Source: Opitutia bacterium
Lineage (GTDB): Bacteria > Verrucomicrobiota > Verrucomicrobiia > Opitutales > T3Sed10-336
Assembly: GCA_003558065.1 (NCBI GenBank)
Contig: PWMU01000177.1
Location: 18,045-82,044 of the forward strand
Direction: 5' to 3'
Length of the DNA: 64,000 bases
Shown: positions 8,299 to 17,574 of the stretch, piece by piece
How positions within the stretch are numbered: the stretch's first letter is position 1
How the letters are laid out: each line of letters starts with the position of its first letter
The notes under the pieces: generated by a model
What the model saw: only the letters and a program-made list of their open reading frames with translations
Databases searched by the model: none
What the model was told of the DNA's origin: nothing
Position numbers and translations under genes: made by a program

Positions 8299-11175
8299 TT
8301 ACTCAGCACGCGCGGCCGCCTTCCTGATCCGGACTCCTTTCGGCACCCGGATTTCCGGCTGCCACCGGTCTCCCTTCCTTCGGCCGGAAACCTCAATGAC
8401 TCCCCGCGGCGTGGGCACCCGTCCGCGCATGAACTTGAGGTCGCCCGGGCGCGGCTTGAATTCGATCTCGGCAAATCCCGGCCGGGTCGGACGCACCCCG
8501 AGGACGGTGCTCGACAGGAAAAACACCGGGGCCGCCGACCACCCGTGACAGTGACTGCGCGTCAACCGGCCCTGGCTGAGCGACCACATTTCCCAGAACG
8601 TGCTCGCCTCTTCCTCGATCATGAACCCCCAGTCCCTGCGAATAATATCGAGAAACTCCCTTTCGCGCCCTTCGTCGGCCAGGGTTTCGAGCAGGAAAAA
8701 CTCGAAGAACGGGCTCCCCGCGCGGACAAACCCCCGCGGCGGCCGGTGAACAATGCCGCGGCAGCGCTTTTCCCGCGCCCCCCCGGCCACGCCAGAGATC
8801 AATGCGGCCGTCTGGGTTTGCTGACTGAAAACCTCGCTTTTCGTACCGTCGTCATGGATACAATCGAGGTAAGCCTGTTTCTGATTGTCCCACAAATCCC
8901 GGTTGATCGCCTCCTTCACCGAGGACGCCAGCCGTCGAAACTCAGTCGCCGTCTTTGCGTCCTTCAACCAGTCAGCAAGTTCAGCCGCCTCCCGCAGGGC
9001 CAGGACCACAAAGCAGTTGGTGTGGGTGACGATACCACGCGGCGGTGTATCCATCGCTGCCCAGTCGAACAGGTTCCAGGCCTGAAGGTCGAACAACCCC
9101 TGCGGATTGAGATAACGGCGTATTCCATCTGCGTTCCTCTTCACCCACGGCAGCAGCTTTCGACTGCCGGCGTAATCACCCGTCCAAAGCAGATACTCCC
9201 GGCAGGACCGCATCCACAAAAAGCTCCACACGCTCAGGATGTTGCTCCATCCGCTGGGCACTTCGCTCTCGGTAATCGGCGAATGTTCGAGGCTTTGCGC
9301 CGTTTGCTCCAGGCACCGGTACCACAGTCTGGGATCCCCGTTGATTACCCAATCGATCAGGGCCTCGTTGCGCGCGTCCCCTACCCAGTGGGTCTGTTCG
9401 TACGTGGGGCAATCCGTATAGGTGTCCTCGGCGCAGCAACGCAGAGTATGCGCCCCGACCTCCCAGATGCGGTTCAACATCGGATCGCTGCAATAAAAGC
9501 TTCCTGTATTGCGTTGCGGATACGTGCTGAAAATCACCGAACACCGGCGCAGTTTCATGGGCCGCCGCAGGTTGCGAACGGTTACCCAAGTGTACTGAAA
9601 ACCGCGGCGGACCCGCGACTCGAAGCTCTGCCACCCGTCCCGGCAAACGTAGCGAAAGCTGTTGTTCATTCCCTCGGCAAGATTCTTTCTTCCGTCGGCC
9701 TGGATGAATTCAAAATTGTGAAAATCCAGCACCGTACCGGCAGCCGCCTCGGCTTCGAGGCTCTGAAATCCGATCACCTCGCGCCCGAAGTCCAACAACA
9801 CCCGGACATCCTCGCCTTTCCTTCGGGACGGATGAATCACGGCCGCCTCTCCGTTGGCCGCGAGCAGGGCGTCACCGTTCTCCACCTTGGCCGGGCCCGC
9901 CGGCCGATCCGCCAGGGAGCGAGTGAATACGTCGTCGACCGCCACATCCGCCTCCCGGATCGGCCGGAAATAGGATTCCCTGCCGGTCAGGGAACCCGGA
10001 TCCCTCCAGATCTCGTTGAATCGCCGAGCGGTCGCCGCCTTGCGGACGCCGGTGGCGAGCACGATACGGGGATAATCCTTGGTCTCCTCCAGTTGCGCGG
10101 CCTCCTGTTCGGTCAAGGCGAACGGCCCCACCAATGCCCAGGCCGCCGACCGTTGAGTTCCGGGCCGGGCGGACCAGAAAAGAGTGCCCGCCGCTTTCAC
10201 CGCCAGGGTGAACTGACACATATGGCCGGCACCCCCCGCCGCCCCGCTCAGCCTGCCTTTATAGAAAGCCGAAAAAGGCAGCAGCACCGTGTTCCAGCCT
10301 TTCAGCAAAACCGCCTCCTGGAACCTCGTCCGCACAGCGCTGCCGCTCGGCAGTTTGGGCACCGTCACTCCGTTGACCAGAATGGGCGCGCTATGGTGAT
10401 GAGGCCGCAGGAAACCGGCCTTCTGTTTCCTGGAACTCCAAATTCGCGTGAAGAGATAACTCTTGAAGTAGCAGAAATTGGCCGAACGGTCCCCGGGCGC
10501 CAGGTACGGCTTCAGGTTCAGGGTCCAGCAGTTCTCGACCGGCCGGATGGTTTCGCTTTCAACCAGCCTCACCGGCAGCACCTCTTCGCGGGTAAGAAAT
10601 GGAATGCCCCGCGGCTCCAGGTTGGAATAAACCGGCGGCACCTTTCGGGCCCGGCTCCAAGAGCGGTCGTCATAGTCAACCGACATCCATTCGTCCTCCT
10701 CCCTGGCGTCAAACTGTTCCTCGTACGCCTGCTGGGCGCTGATCCGCGGCGTGCGCGACAGGCAGGATCCCGAAACCCGGGTTCTCCAGTTTCGATCCAC
10801 CGGCACGATCCGCTCATGCTCGACACCCGCCTTATGCCCCGAGCCGCTCAAGATACGAATCTCGGCCGCCAATCCGGGCGCACCCGCGGCGATGTATTGA
10901 AAATTCGATTCACCCCAGTAATTCACCAGGACCGCCACCACGTTCCTGCCGGCACGAAGGCGGGGTGAAAGATCGTAGTCGTCGTATTTCCAGTGATTCG
11001 GCCAGCTCCGAACCGGCCCGAACCCGGTGTATCTCCCGTTCACATACACAGTGTAGCGGGAGTCGGCGGTTATCCTCAACGCCGCCGCCTCCCCCTCCCG
11101 CACCAGAAAGCTCCTTCGAAAGCATACGCAGGCATTGCGGGAAGGATGCTCGTCGCGGGTCCAAATCCAGTTCAT
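8299..11175 (-). CDS. Alpha-L-rhamnosidase (GH78-like)
   Basis: MNWIWTRDEHP..CFRRSF...LRITADSRYTVYVNGRYTGFGPVRSWP is typical of the rhamnosidase N-terminal domain, and a six-hairpin region follows. I prefer the ATG at 11175 over the listed TTG at 11181. It starts 2 nt after the rhaM stop. Confidence 0.85.
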   Translation of the reverse strand: MNWIWTRDEHPSRNACVCFRRSFLVREGEAAALRITADSRYTVYVNGRYTGFGPVRSWPNHWKYDDYDLSPRLRAGRNVVAVLVNYWGESNFQYIAAGAPGLAAEIRILSGSGHKAGVEHERIVPVDRNWRTRVSGSCLSRTPRISAQQAYEEQFDAREEDEWMSVDYDDRSWSRARKVPPVYSNLEPRGIPFLTREEVLPVRLVESETIRPVENCWTLNLKPYLAPGDRSANFCYFKSYLFTRIWSSRKQKAGFLRPHHHSAPILVNGVTVPKLPSGSAVRTRFQEAVLLKGWNTVLLPFSAFYKGRLSGAAGGAGHMCQFTLAVKAAGTLFWSARPGTQRSAAWALVGPFALTEQEAAQLEETKDYPRIVLATGVRKAATARRFNEIWRDPGSLTGRESYFRPIREADVAVDDVFTRSLADRPAGPAKVENGDALLAANGEAAVIHPSRRKGEDVRVLLDFGREVIGFQSLEAEAAAGTVLDFHNFEFIQADGRKNLAEGMNNSFRYVCRDGWQSFESRVRRGFQYTWVTVRNLRRPMKLRRCSVIFSTYPQRNTGSFYCSDPMLNRIWEVGAHTLRCCAEDTYTDCPTYEQTHWVGDARNEALIDWVINGDPRLWYRCLEQTAQSLEHSPITESEVPSGWSNILSVWSFLWMRSCREYLLWTGDYAGSRKLLPWVKRNADGIRRYLNPQGLFDLQAWNLFDWAAMDTPPRGIVTHTNCFVVLALREAAELADWLKDAKTATEFRRLASSVKEAINRDLWDNQKQAYLDCIHDDGTKSEVFSQQTQTAALISGVAGGAREKRCRGIVHRPPRGFVRAGSPFFEFFLLETLADEGREREFLDIIRRDWGFMIEEEASTFWEMWSLSQGRLTRSHCHGWSAAPVFFLSSTVLGVRPTRPGFAEIEFKPRPGDLKFMRGRVPTPRGVIEVSGRRKGDRWQPEIRVPKGVRIRKAAARAE

Positions 11176-11177
11176 TC

Positions 11178-11498
11178 TCAATCCAGATGAAAAACCTCCT
11201 CCAGGCGCATCATGGCCCGGTCGGCGTGAGCGCCTCCGACGTTTTCAAAATAGGGGGCCATCGACTCCTGCCACTTCCGATTGACGTCCTTCTCAGCCAT
11301 CGCCTCCAGCGCTCGCTCGAAGTCCGGTGTCTCCAGATACCCCACCAACAGTCCGTCGTCCCGGACAAAGAGCGAATAGTTCTTCCACCCGGCCTCCCGA
11401 AGCGCCTCCAGCATCTCCGGCCAGACCGATTTATGCGCCTCCCTGTACTCCTCGAGTTTGTCCTTCTTCACCTTCAACAAGAAACAGACTCTTTCCAT
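11178..11498 (-). CDS. rhaM: L-rhamnose mutarotase
   Basis: MERVCFLLKVKKDKLEEYREAHKSVWPEMLEALREAGWKNYSLFVRDDGLLVGYLE...; about 106 aa, the usual RhaM size and motif pattern. Confidence 0.85.
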   Translation of the reverse strand: MERVCFLLKVKKDKLEEYREAHKSVWPEMLEALREAGWKNYSLFVRDDGLLVGYLETPDFERALEAMAEKDVNRKWQESMAPYFENVGGAHADRAMMRLEEVFHLD

Positions 11499-11567
11499 AG
11501 CCCCCGTTCTAAAGGCGGACGCCATGAACTCAAGGGGATTCGTTCACCCTGCGGCGGATACGGCACC

Positions 11568-12998
11568 TCACTTATGGTCCCACGGCAGGCGCACCCGGAC
11601 CGGGCGTTTCTTCCAGACCTCGCAGACCTCGAAGATCTTTCCGGGATTGAGGATATCGGCGGGATCCAGCGCCTGCTTGACGGCCTTCATCGCGGCGATC
11701 TCCGCGGCGCCGTGTTCCAGTGCAAGGAACGGGGTTTTCGCGAGCCCGATGCCGTGCTCGCCGCTGATGGCGCCGCCGAGCTCCAGCACCTTTGCCATCA
11801 GGGCGCGCACAGCTTCGAGAGCCCGCGCCGATTCGTCCTTATCCTCCCGGTGATACATGATATTGACGTGAAAATTGCCGTCGGCGGCATGCCCGAACGT
11901 AGCGATGGACACCCGCTTCTCCCGTCCGAGCTTTCGAATGAACGCCAGGAGTTTCGTCTGGCTCCGCAGAGGCACCACCACGTCCTCATTGAGTTTGCTG
12001 TCGCCGAGCTCGAACATGGCGCCGGAACATTTGCGGCGCACTTCCCACAGAGCGTCGACTTCCTTTTCGTCGTCGGCCTCGCGAATGGCAATCGCCCTCG
12101 GCCTGAGCAGTTCCAACAGGCGCTGCCGGTCTTCATCCACGGCCGCCTCATGACCGTCCAGCTCGATCAACAACACGGGCCGCCCGGCATTGCCGGGAAA
12201 CACGGCTTGACCCGTCGCGCCCTCGGCGCAGCCCACGCTCTCGCGGTCGAGGAATTCCAGGATGGAAGGGGTGAGGCGCTCGGTAAGAATCGCTTTGACG
12301 GTTTGCAGAGCCCGCGCCTCGCTCCGGAAAGACGCCAGCAACGTGCGGCGAGCCGGCGGTTTTGGAATCAGCCGCAGAATCGCCTCGGTGATGACGCCCA
12401 GCGTTCCCTCGCTTCCGATCCACAGATCGCGCATATTGTACCCGGCGGCATATTTTTTCAGGTCCCGGCCCCAGTACACAATCTCACCCGTCGGCAACAC
12501 CCCGCGCAACGCGAGCACGTAATCCCGGGTCACCCCATACTTTCCGCCGCGCATTCCCCCGGCATTGCAGGCAATGTTTCCCGCTAGCGTTCCGTACTTC
12601 TGAGACGAAGGGTCCGGCGGATAAAACCAGCCCGCCTTCTCCGCGGCGCGCTGGAGCGTTCCGTTGAGAACCCCGCACTGGGCGTAGGCCATGCCGGTCG
12701 ATCGATCGATGCGGAGCTTCGTCAGATGCGCCAGGTCCAGGACCCACCCGCCCCGGCGCGGTGAAGCCGAACCGGTCAGGGAGGACCCTCCGCCGCGCGT
12801 GGTCACCGGTACACGTCGCCGGTTGGCGAGTTTGAGCACCTCCGAGATCTCCTCTTCGGTACGCGGCCGGATCACCGCTTCGGGCGGATAAGCGAGCTTG
12901 CTGCCGTCGAAGGACGCGGCGAAAAGCGACGCTTCATCCGTCGCAACCCGCGACCCCAGCTTTTTCCGTAATGTTCGGGTGGCCTGTTTGTAACTCAT
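11568..12998 (-). CDS. FAD-linked oxidase (GlcD / D-lactate dehydrogenase family)
   Basis: 476 aa with an FAD-binding PCMH-type N-terminus (VPVTTRGGGSSLTG) and a C-terminus GGAISGEHGIGLAKTPFL typical of GlcD-like oxidases. Confidence 0.85.
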   Translation of the reverse strand: MSYKQATRTLRKKLGSRVATDEASLFAASFDGSKLAYPPEAVIRPRTEEEISEVLKLANRRRVPVTTRGGGSSLTGSASPRRGGWVLDLAHLTKLRIDRSTGMAYAQCGVLNGTLQRAAEKAGWFYPPDPSSQKYGTLAGNIACNAGGMRGGKYGVTRDYVLALRGVLPTGEIVYWGRDLKKYAAGYNMRDLWIGSEGTLGVITEAILRLIPKPPARRTLLASFRSEARALQTVKAILTERLTPSILEFLDRESVGCAEGATGQAVFPGNAGRPVLLIELDGHEAAVDEDRQRLLELLRPRAIAIREADDEKEVDALWEVRRKCSGAMFELGDSKLNEDVVVPLRSQTKLLAFIRKLGREKRVSIATFGHAADGNFHVNIMYHREDKDESARALEAVRALMAKVLELGGAISGEHGIGLAKTPFLALEHGAAEIAAMKAVKQALDPADILNPGKIFEVCEVWKKRPVRVRLPWDHK

Positions 12999-13053
12999 CG
13001 TCCCTGAGGTTATACGGAAACGACGACCCGGAACGCAACACGGAGAAAGAAAG

Positions 13054-13079
13054 AAGGCGGCCCTGGGGCCGCCTTTTTC
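13054..13079 (-). terminator. Hairpin terminator after the FKBP gene
   Basis: AAGGCGGCC-CTGG-GGCCGCCTT. On the minus strand it is followed by TTCTTTCTTTCT and lies 25 nt beyond the stop at 13104. Confidence 0.55.
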
Positions 13080-13103
13080 AAGTTCCGGGTATCACTCAAC
13101 CGC

Positions 13104-13835
13104 TCAATCGATAACCTCGATGACTTCGACTTCGAAAATCAATGTCGACCCGGGCGGGATGCTTGCCTGTCCCTGATTCCCGTAGCCGAGATCCGAAGGA
13201 ATGTAGAGAATGGCCTCGCTTCCCTCGGGAAGCAGTTGCAACCCTTCACTCATTCCCGGAATAACGCCGGTCAGGGGAAAGTCGGCGGGTTCTCCGCGGT
13301 CGTACGAGCTGTCAAAGGTTTGCCCGTCGATCAGAGTGCCCTTGTAGTGGATCCGCACGGTATCCTCCGGACCGGGTGTAGCCCCGTCGCCGAGCTCAAT
13401 AATCTCGTAGTGAAGGCCGCTCGGCGTGCTTTCCACGCCGTCGCGCTCGGCCAGTTCCGCAAAGAATTCCGCCGCTTCCGCGCGGCCCGCCTCGGCGGCC
13501 CGCGCGCCGGCAGCCTCCTGTTTTTCCTGGAGGTAGGCCTGCAAATGCGGACCGACGCGATCGAAATCATGCGGCGGCTCCGAACTCTCCAATGCGTGGC
13601 GGAAGCCGTCGAGAAAAGCCTCGAACTCCTCCTCGCCCAGATCCATTTCGGCAATCCCGGTCTGGGCAGCCACGAAGAACCCGTAGGTCTTCAATAGTTC
13701 CTCGTCGGTGAATTCCTCGCCCGGTGCGGTCTGGGGAGGCGGCCCCGGAGTCGGAGGCGGCGCCTGCGCGATCAGTCCGATCGCACCCGCACCGGCGAAT
13801 GCAGCCAGCAATCCTGTAATCTTGAAGGTAGTCAT
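13104..13835 (-). CDS. FKBP-type peptidyl-prolyl cis-trans isomerase (FkpA-like, secreted)
   Basis: ATG at 13835 gives the signal peptide MTTFKITGLLAAFAGAGAIGLIAQA. The C-terminal FKBP domain reads VRIHYKGTLIDGQTFDSSYDRGEPADFPLTGVIPGMSEGLQLL..GSTLIFEVEVIEV. The longer listed ORF extending to 14207 overlaps the neighbouring gene. Confidence 0.85.
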   Translation of the reverse strand: MTTFKITGLLAAFAGAGAIGLIAQAPPPTPGPPPQTAPGEEFTDEELLKTYGFFVAAQTGIAEMDLGEEEFEAFLDGFRHALESSEPPHDFDRVGPHLQAYLQEKQEAAGARAAEAGRAEAAEFFAELAERDGVESTPSGLHYEIIELGDGATPGPEDTVRIHYKGTLIDGQTFDSSYDRGEPADFPLTGVIPGMSEGLQLLPEGSEAILYIPSDLGYGNQGQASIPPGSTLIFEVEVIEVID

Positions 13836-13975
13836 AGGTATAAGCCAGGTTGATGTTGATGAATTGGCATTAAAAACCCCAGCGTAAAGGAAGCCCGCCG
13901 CCGAAAGCAAAGGATTAATCACCCCCCGGACGGTACCCGCCCCCGAAGGAAAGGGCTCGCGCCCCGGATTTCCTC

Positions 13976-15034
13976 TCAATCCTCCACATACGGCGACCAT
14001 TCCGTTCTGACCCGCATAAAGCGCGACGTAGCCGGGGCCAATGGAGAAACGTCCGACACCGAAATCACGGGAGTCCCGTCGGAATCGGAGCTCCACTCGG
14101 TGCGGGCGCCGCTTTCGTCGATTGACTCCCATTCGCTTGGATCCGCGGATACCTGGACCGAATACCGGACGTCCTCCCTGCCTTCGGGGCGCCGGTAGGA
14201 AATCCACAGATACGCTTCACCTTCATCCTCTGTCCGGACCTCCATTGAGGGCAGCCCGTCCCGACAGGGTGCCTTCGGGTCCAACCCGAACGCGTACTTC
14301 TGGAGGTTCGTAACGCCCTCGCCCCCGGGATCGGCATCCAGGGCGGCGGAAGGCTGATTCGCCTCCGTCCCGAAATGCTCGAGCACCCACCAGTCGACGG
14401 GCGAAGGATCGACCAGGAAAATGAACGTCGCGGGTTCGCTCGAGGTTTCGACCCCGTCGGACTCGCGGACGCCGGAGGCTTCGATGGTGGCCAAGTAAAT
14501 GCCGCGGGCCCGGAAAGCCCAGCTGTAATGGCGGTGCCCGCCGGCGTCCAGTTCCACACTGCCGTAGGGGCCGGACTCGAGCCGGGTGTCGAAACGGAGG
14601 GGCGACGACGAGTCTCCGGGGCGGTACATGAAGAATTCGTCCGGACTGTCATACCCTGCCAGGGTCATCTCGATGCGCCCGTCGTCGCCTCCCGTGAACA
14701 CGCCCGTCGGCACGCCGTATTGCGCAAACCCGAATTCGGAGGTTGCCCACACCTCGTCTCCCTGCTCGCCCATGAAATCCCACGAGGAATCCAGTTCGGG
14801 AACCGTCATCCGCGTAGCGGCATCCAGCAAAAGGATCGTGGTATCGGGAGCCAGGAGTCCGGTGCCGCCGTGGCCGGGATTGACCCCCAGTTCCCACTCG
14901 TCGGTTTCGGCATCGTAATTGGCCTGGAGGTGGGCGTGGTCGAGGATCGTCCATTCCGCATCGAGGGGTGTTGCCAACAGGCCGACTGTGACGAAGAAGG
15001 GAATGAGCAACGGTTGCCGTTCGAATCGTTTCAT
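13976..15034 (-). CDS. Secreted choice-of-anchor-M-like (TIGR03769-like) domain protein with the C-terminal D..G.G..NL.KYAFGLDP module
   Basis: Start MKRFERQPLLIPFFVTVGLLATPLDA (an alternative ATG lies at 15043). It contains ILDHAHLQANYDAETDEWELGV and GGHRHYSWAFRARGIYLATIEA, which resemble the H-x-H ... F..PG.Y..L signature. The C-terminal module ends RFMRVRTEW. Confidence 0.7.
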   Translation of the reverse strand: MKRFERQPLLIPFFVTVGLLATPLDAEWTILDHAHLQANYDAETDEWELGVNPGHGGTGLLAPDTTILLLDAATRMTVPELDSSWDFMGEQGDEVWATSEFGFAQYGVPTGVFTGGDDGRIEMTLAGYDSPDEFFMYRPGDSSSPLRFDTRLESGPYGSVELDAGGHRHYSWAFRARGIYLATIEASGVRESDGVETSSEPATFIFLVDPSPVDWWVLEHFGTEANQPSAALDADPGGEGVTNLQKYAFGLDPKAPCRDGLPSMEVRTEDEGEAYLWISYRRPEGREDVRYSVQVSADPSEWESIDESGARTEWSSDSDGTPVISVSDVSPLAPATSRFMRVRTEWSPYVED

Positions 15035-15065
15035 GAAATCCATTAAAGTCCGGAAGCAGCCGGGC

Positions 15066-15770
15066 TCAATCGGCGGCCTCGGGCGGACGCGCCGGGTTTT
15101 CCCCGGCATCGATCCGCCTTTTGAGTTCCTGCGCCTGGATCGTTGCCACATGTCCGTCGGCGTAAAGATAAGGGGCACTGCCGTCGGTATGATAGTGACT
15201 GGGCGGCCCCGTTCGGAAGCGGTCGGGCTGGATTCCGTCAATGACTGCCAACCAGTAGCCGGCCCACCTGCGGGTATGGACATGGTCGTTCGACGCCGAC
15301 AACGCCAGATGATCGGCGCCGATAAACACCGCCATCGTGCGGCTGGGAGCCTCGAGGGTTTCCAGATTCCGGTAGGAGGGCAGGGGCTCCCCGAACGGGC
15401 CGAACGCGTCCTCAAACAGGTATTCGTTCACCACGTAGCTCGAAAGTTTTTTCTCCCGCCGCTCGTCCCTTTTGGGATCGGCCGGGCACACCAGCACCTC
15501 CTCCACGTCGTCGAGGTAGGGGGCAAGCGTGTACACCCACGAGCGGTCGACCCCGCTGTCCGCGGTTTCCGGCAGCAATCCCCCGTGATCGGTCGCATAA
15601 AGGTGCAGGGCGATGCCGATCTGTCTCATATGGGAGGCGGAGACAGACTGCTCCGAAGACCTCCGTGCCTGTGACGCCACCTGCACAAGAATCGTGGCGA
15701 GAATCGCCCCGACAGCGATCACGGTCACCAGCTCGACCAGTGTGAATCCGTATGGCGAAGACGCTTTCAT
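15066..15770 (-). CDS. Prepilin-type N-terminal cleavage/methylation domain protein, H-X9-DG-like (pseudopilin-like)
   Basis: N-terminus MKASSPYGFTLVELVTVIAVGAILATIL. The C-terminus HTDGSAPYLYADGHVATI resembles the H-X9-DG motif, although here the spacing is 10 residues. Confidence 0.85.
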   Translation of the reverse strand: MKASSPYGFTLVELVTVIAVGAILATILVQVASQARRSSEQSVSASHMRQIGIALHLYATDHGGLLPETADSGVDRSWVYTLAPYLDDVEEVLVCPADPKRDERREKKLSSYVVNEYLFEDAFGPFGEPLPSYRNLETLEAPSRTMAVFIGADHLALSASNDHVHTRRWAGYWLAVIDGIQPDRFRTGPPSHYHTDGSAPYLYADGHVATIQAQELKRRIDAGENPARPPEAAD

Positions 15771-15967
15771 TGATGGCTTCCGGCAGGACGGGATAGGTCA
15801 CGACCGACCGCCGCCCGTTTGCGCGGGGCAGCCGCCCGGCCCCGCGCAGTGAAAATCTCGACCCACCGGTTATTTTTCAAGTTTACTTCGATTTTTTTCC
15901 TGAAATAGCCTGTTCCCATTCAAGCCCTCGAAGCTTCGAGAACAACACAAATAATGATTACCGATTC

Positions 15968-16720
15968 ATGAAAAACGACTTCCCGCCACTTGTCGCGGCC
16001 CTCTGCCTGGTCGCCGGGGCGCCTCTTGTTTCGCCGGCTCCGGTTATCGACTTCACGGGGGCCCGGGGGGATTTCACCCTCTTTTACGATCCGGCCGGGG
16101 ACGAATGGGACGTCGTCTTCCGGGAGCGCGCCGTGACTCACGCCACGGGCCTGACCAGCCAAGCCGACCAGGACCGCCCGCACGCCGCGCCGGAGGACTA
16201 CAACTTTTCGAGATTGAACGTCCTGGTGCAAACGCCCGCCGAGCTCGAACGCGGCGGTGTCCGCTACTACTCCACGGCCAGCGAAGACGCGGAAGTGCCC
16301 TGGAGCGAAACGATTCCCGATTTCGGGATGCGTCCGCGCCTGCGCGACGCGAACGATGAACCGCTCGTCGATTCATTCACAATGACCCTGGACGGATTCA
16401 GCGGACCCGGGGATTTCGCGCTGTTCCAGCCGGACCCGATTTTCGGCGACACGGTTTTTGCCTACAACACCGCTGAAGGACGTCTGGAACACGAGTGGGA
16501 GCCCTGGGGACACACCCATTGGCACTGGGGGTTCACGGAACCCGGCGAGTACGAATTGAATTTCGGGCTGCAGGGCCAATTTCCGGACGGGAGCGAGACG
16601 GGCACCGGGACCGGGACCGTCCACTTCGAAGTCATTCCCGAGCCGTCGGCGGTCGCTTTGCTGCTGGGGCTGACCGCGGCGGGCTGCCTTTTCGCGCGGC
16701 GGAACCGTCGACGCCAATAA
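15968..16720 (+). CDS. Choice-of-anchor-M-like domain protein with a PEP-CTERM anchor
   Basis: It has a signal peptide, the motif WGHTHWHWGFTEPGEYELNF, and the C-terminus VIPEPSAVALLLGLTAAGCLFARRNRRRQ. Confidence 0.8.
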   Translation: MKNDFPPLVAALCLVAGAPLVSPAPVIDFTGARGDFTLFYDPAGDEWDVVFRERAVTHATGLTSQADQDRPHAAPEDYNFSRLNVLVQTPAELERGGVRYYSTASEDAEVPWSETIPDFGMRPRLRDANDEPLVDSFTMTLDGFSGPGDFALFQPDPIFGDTVFAYNTAEGRLEHEWEPWGHTHWHWGFTEPGEYELNFGLQGQFPDGSETGTGTGTVHFEVIPEPSAVALLLGLTAAGCLFARRNRRRQ

Positions 16721-16737
16721 CGGCGGCCTTCCCCGCC

Positions 16738-17574
16738 CTACTCGGACAACCCGCCGCGGTTCATCCGGTTCGTCACCTTCTTGCGGATCCACTCGCCGAG
16801 AAAGTCCAGGATGGTTACGAGTGCCAGTATGAAGATCAGGACCGTGGCGAATTTATCCCACATCTGGTAGTCCTGATAGAAGAAGAGTTGCACGCCGATC
16901 CCGCCGGCGCCGACGATTCCCACGATGGCGGCCGAACGGATGTTGTATTCGAGCATCCAGAGAGAATAGCTCCAGATTAGCGGCTTGGCATGGGGCCACA
17001 TCCCGTGCTGAAAGGCCTGTACCGGGTCGGCGCCGATGGCGCGCAGGCCCTTGGCCACTTCGACGTCCACCGACTCGAACGCGTCGCTGAAAAACTTGCC
17101 GAGATAACCCGTGCTGTAGAAGGTCAGGGCGATGACGCCGGCCAGACTGTTGGCGCCGACCACGGCCACCGCGATGAGCGCCCAGATCAGGCTTGGAATG
17201 GTCCGGATCAGGTTCATGGTCATGCGCGCGAGGATGACCACCCACTTGGGTGACACCGTTTGCGCGCCGGCCGCGGCGAGCGGGAACGAGAGAATCACGG
17301 CGAAGAAAGTCGCCATCACCGCCATCTGAAAGGTTTCCACCAGCGCCAGAAGGACGACGCCAGTCACCGAGAAATCGGGCGGAAAGAAATTCCCGGCAAA
17401 ACGGAGAAAGTTGCCGAGGTAGTCGAGATCGCGCCCCGAACCTTTCATCGCCGGACTGGAGAACACCACCGCGACCAGGAAAATGATCATCGAGACGTTG
17501 AGAACGTTCAGTCGCTCGTGCCATTTAACCTCCGGAAAGGTTCCGGTCGGGCGTGGGTGCTGCTCGGCCATCAA
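16738..17574 (-). CDS. phnE: Phosphonate-type ABC transporter permease
   Basis: Multi-TM protein. The C-terminus IRSAAIVGIVGAGGIGVQLFFYQDYQMWDKFATVLIFILALVTILDFLGEWIRKKV is typical of PhnE. Its ATGA overlaps the phnC stop. Confidence 0.85.
   Translation of the reverse strand: MMAEQHPRPTGTFPEVKWHERLNVLNVSMIIFLVAVVFSSPAMKGSGRDLDYLGNFLRFAGNFFPPDFSVTGVVLLALVETFQMAVMATFFAVILSFPLAAAGAQTVSPKWVVILARMTMNLIRTIPSLIWALIAVAVVGANSLAGVIALTFYSTGYLGKFFSDAFESVDVEVAKGLRAIGADPVQAFQHGMWPHAKPLIWSYSLWMLEYNIRSAAIVGIVGAGGIGVQLFFYQDYQMWDKFATVLIFILALVTILDFLGEWIRKKVTNRMNRGGLSE

Noticed and set aside
8545-10968. 807-aa plus-strand ORF (similar cases: 10965..12587, 6329..8038, 28473..29975, 43759..45342, 46982..48106, 56675..57853, 58520..59845, 60255..61229, 32223..33389, 31000..31953, 41885..42760, 34848..36065)
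   Set aside because: Each lies antisense to a gene with clear family motifs. Their translations are Arg/Pro/Gly-rich with low complexity, and they lack recognisable motifs. These are typical stop-poor shadow frames in GC-rich DNA.
13836-15415. Long N-terminal extensions of the listed ORFs 13104..14207 and 13976..15415
   Set aside because: The extensions overlap neighbouring genes and are Arg/Pro-rich. Internal ATGs at 13835 and 15034 are followed immediately by good signal peptides.
15949-15969. Fur/Zur-box-like AATAATGATTACCGATTCA overlapping the start of the PEP-CTERM CoA-M gene
   Set aside because: Only about 11 of 19 positions match the classical Fur consensus and the dyad symmetry is poor. 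This cannot be distinguished from chance without a lineage-specific matrix.
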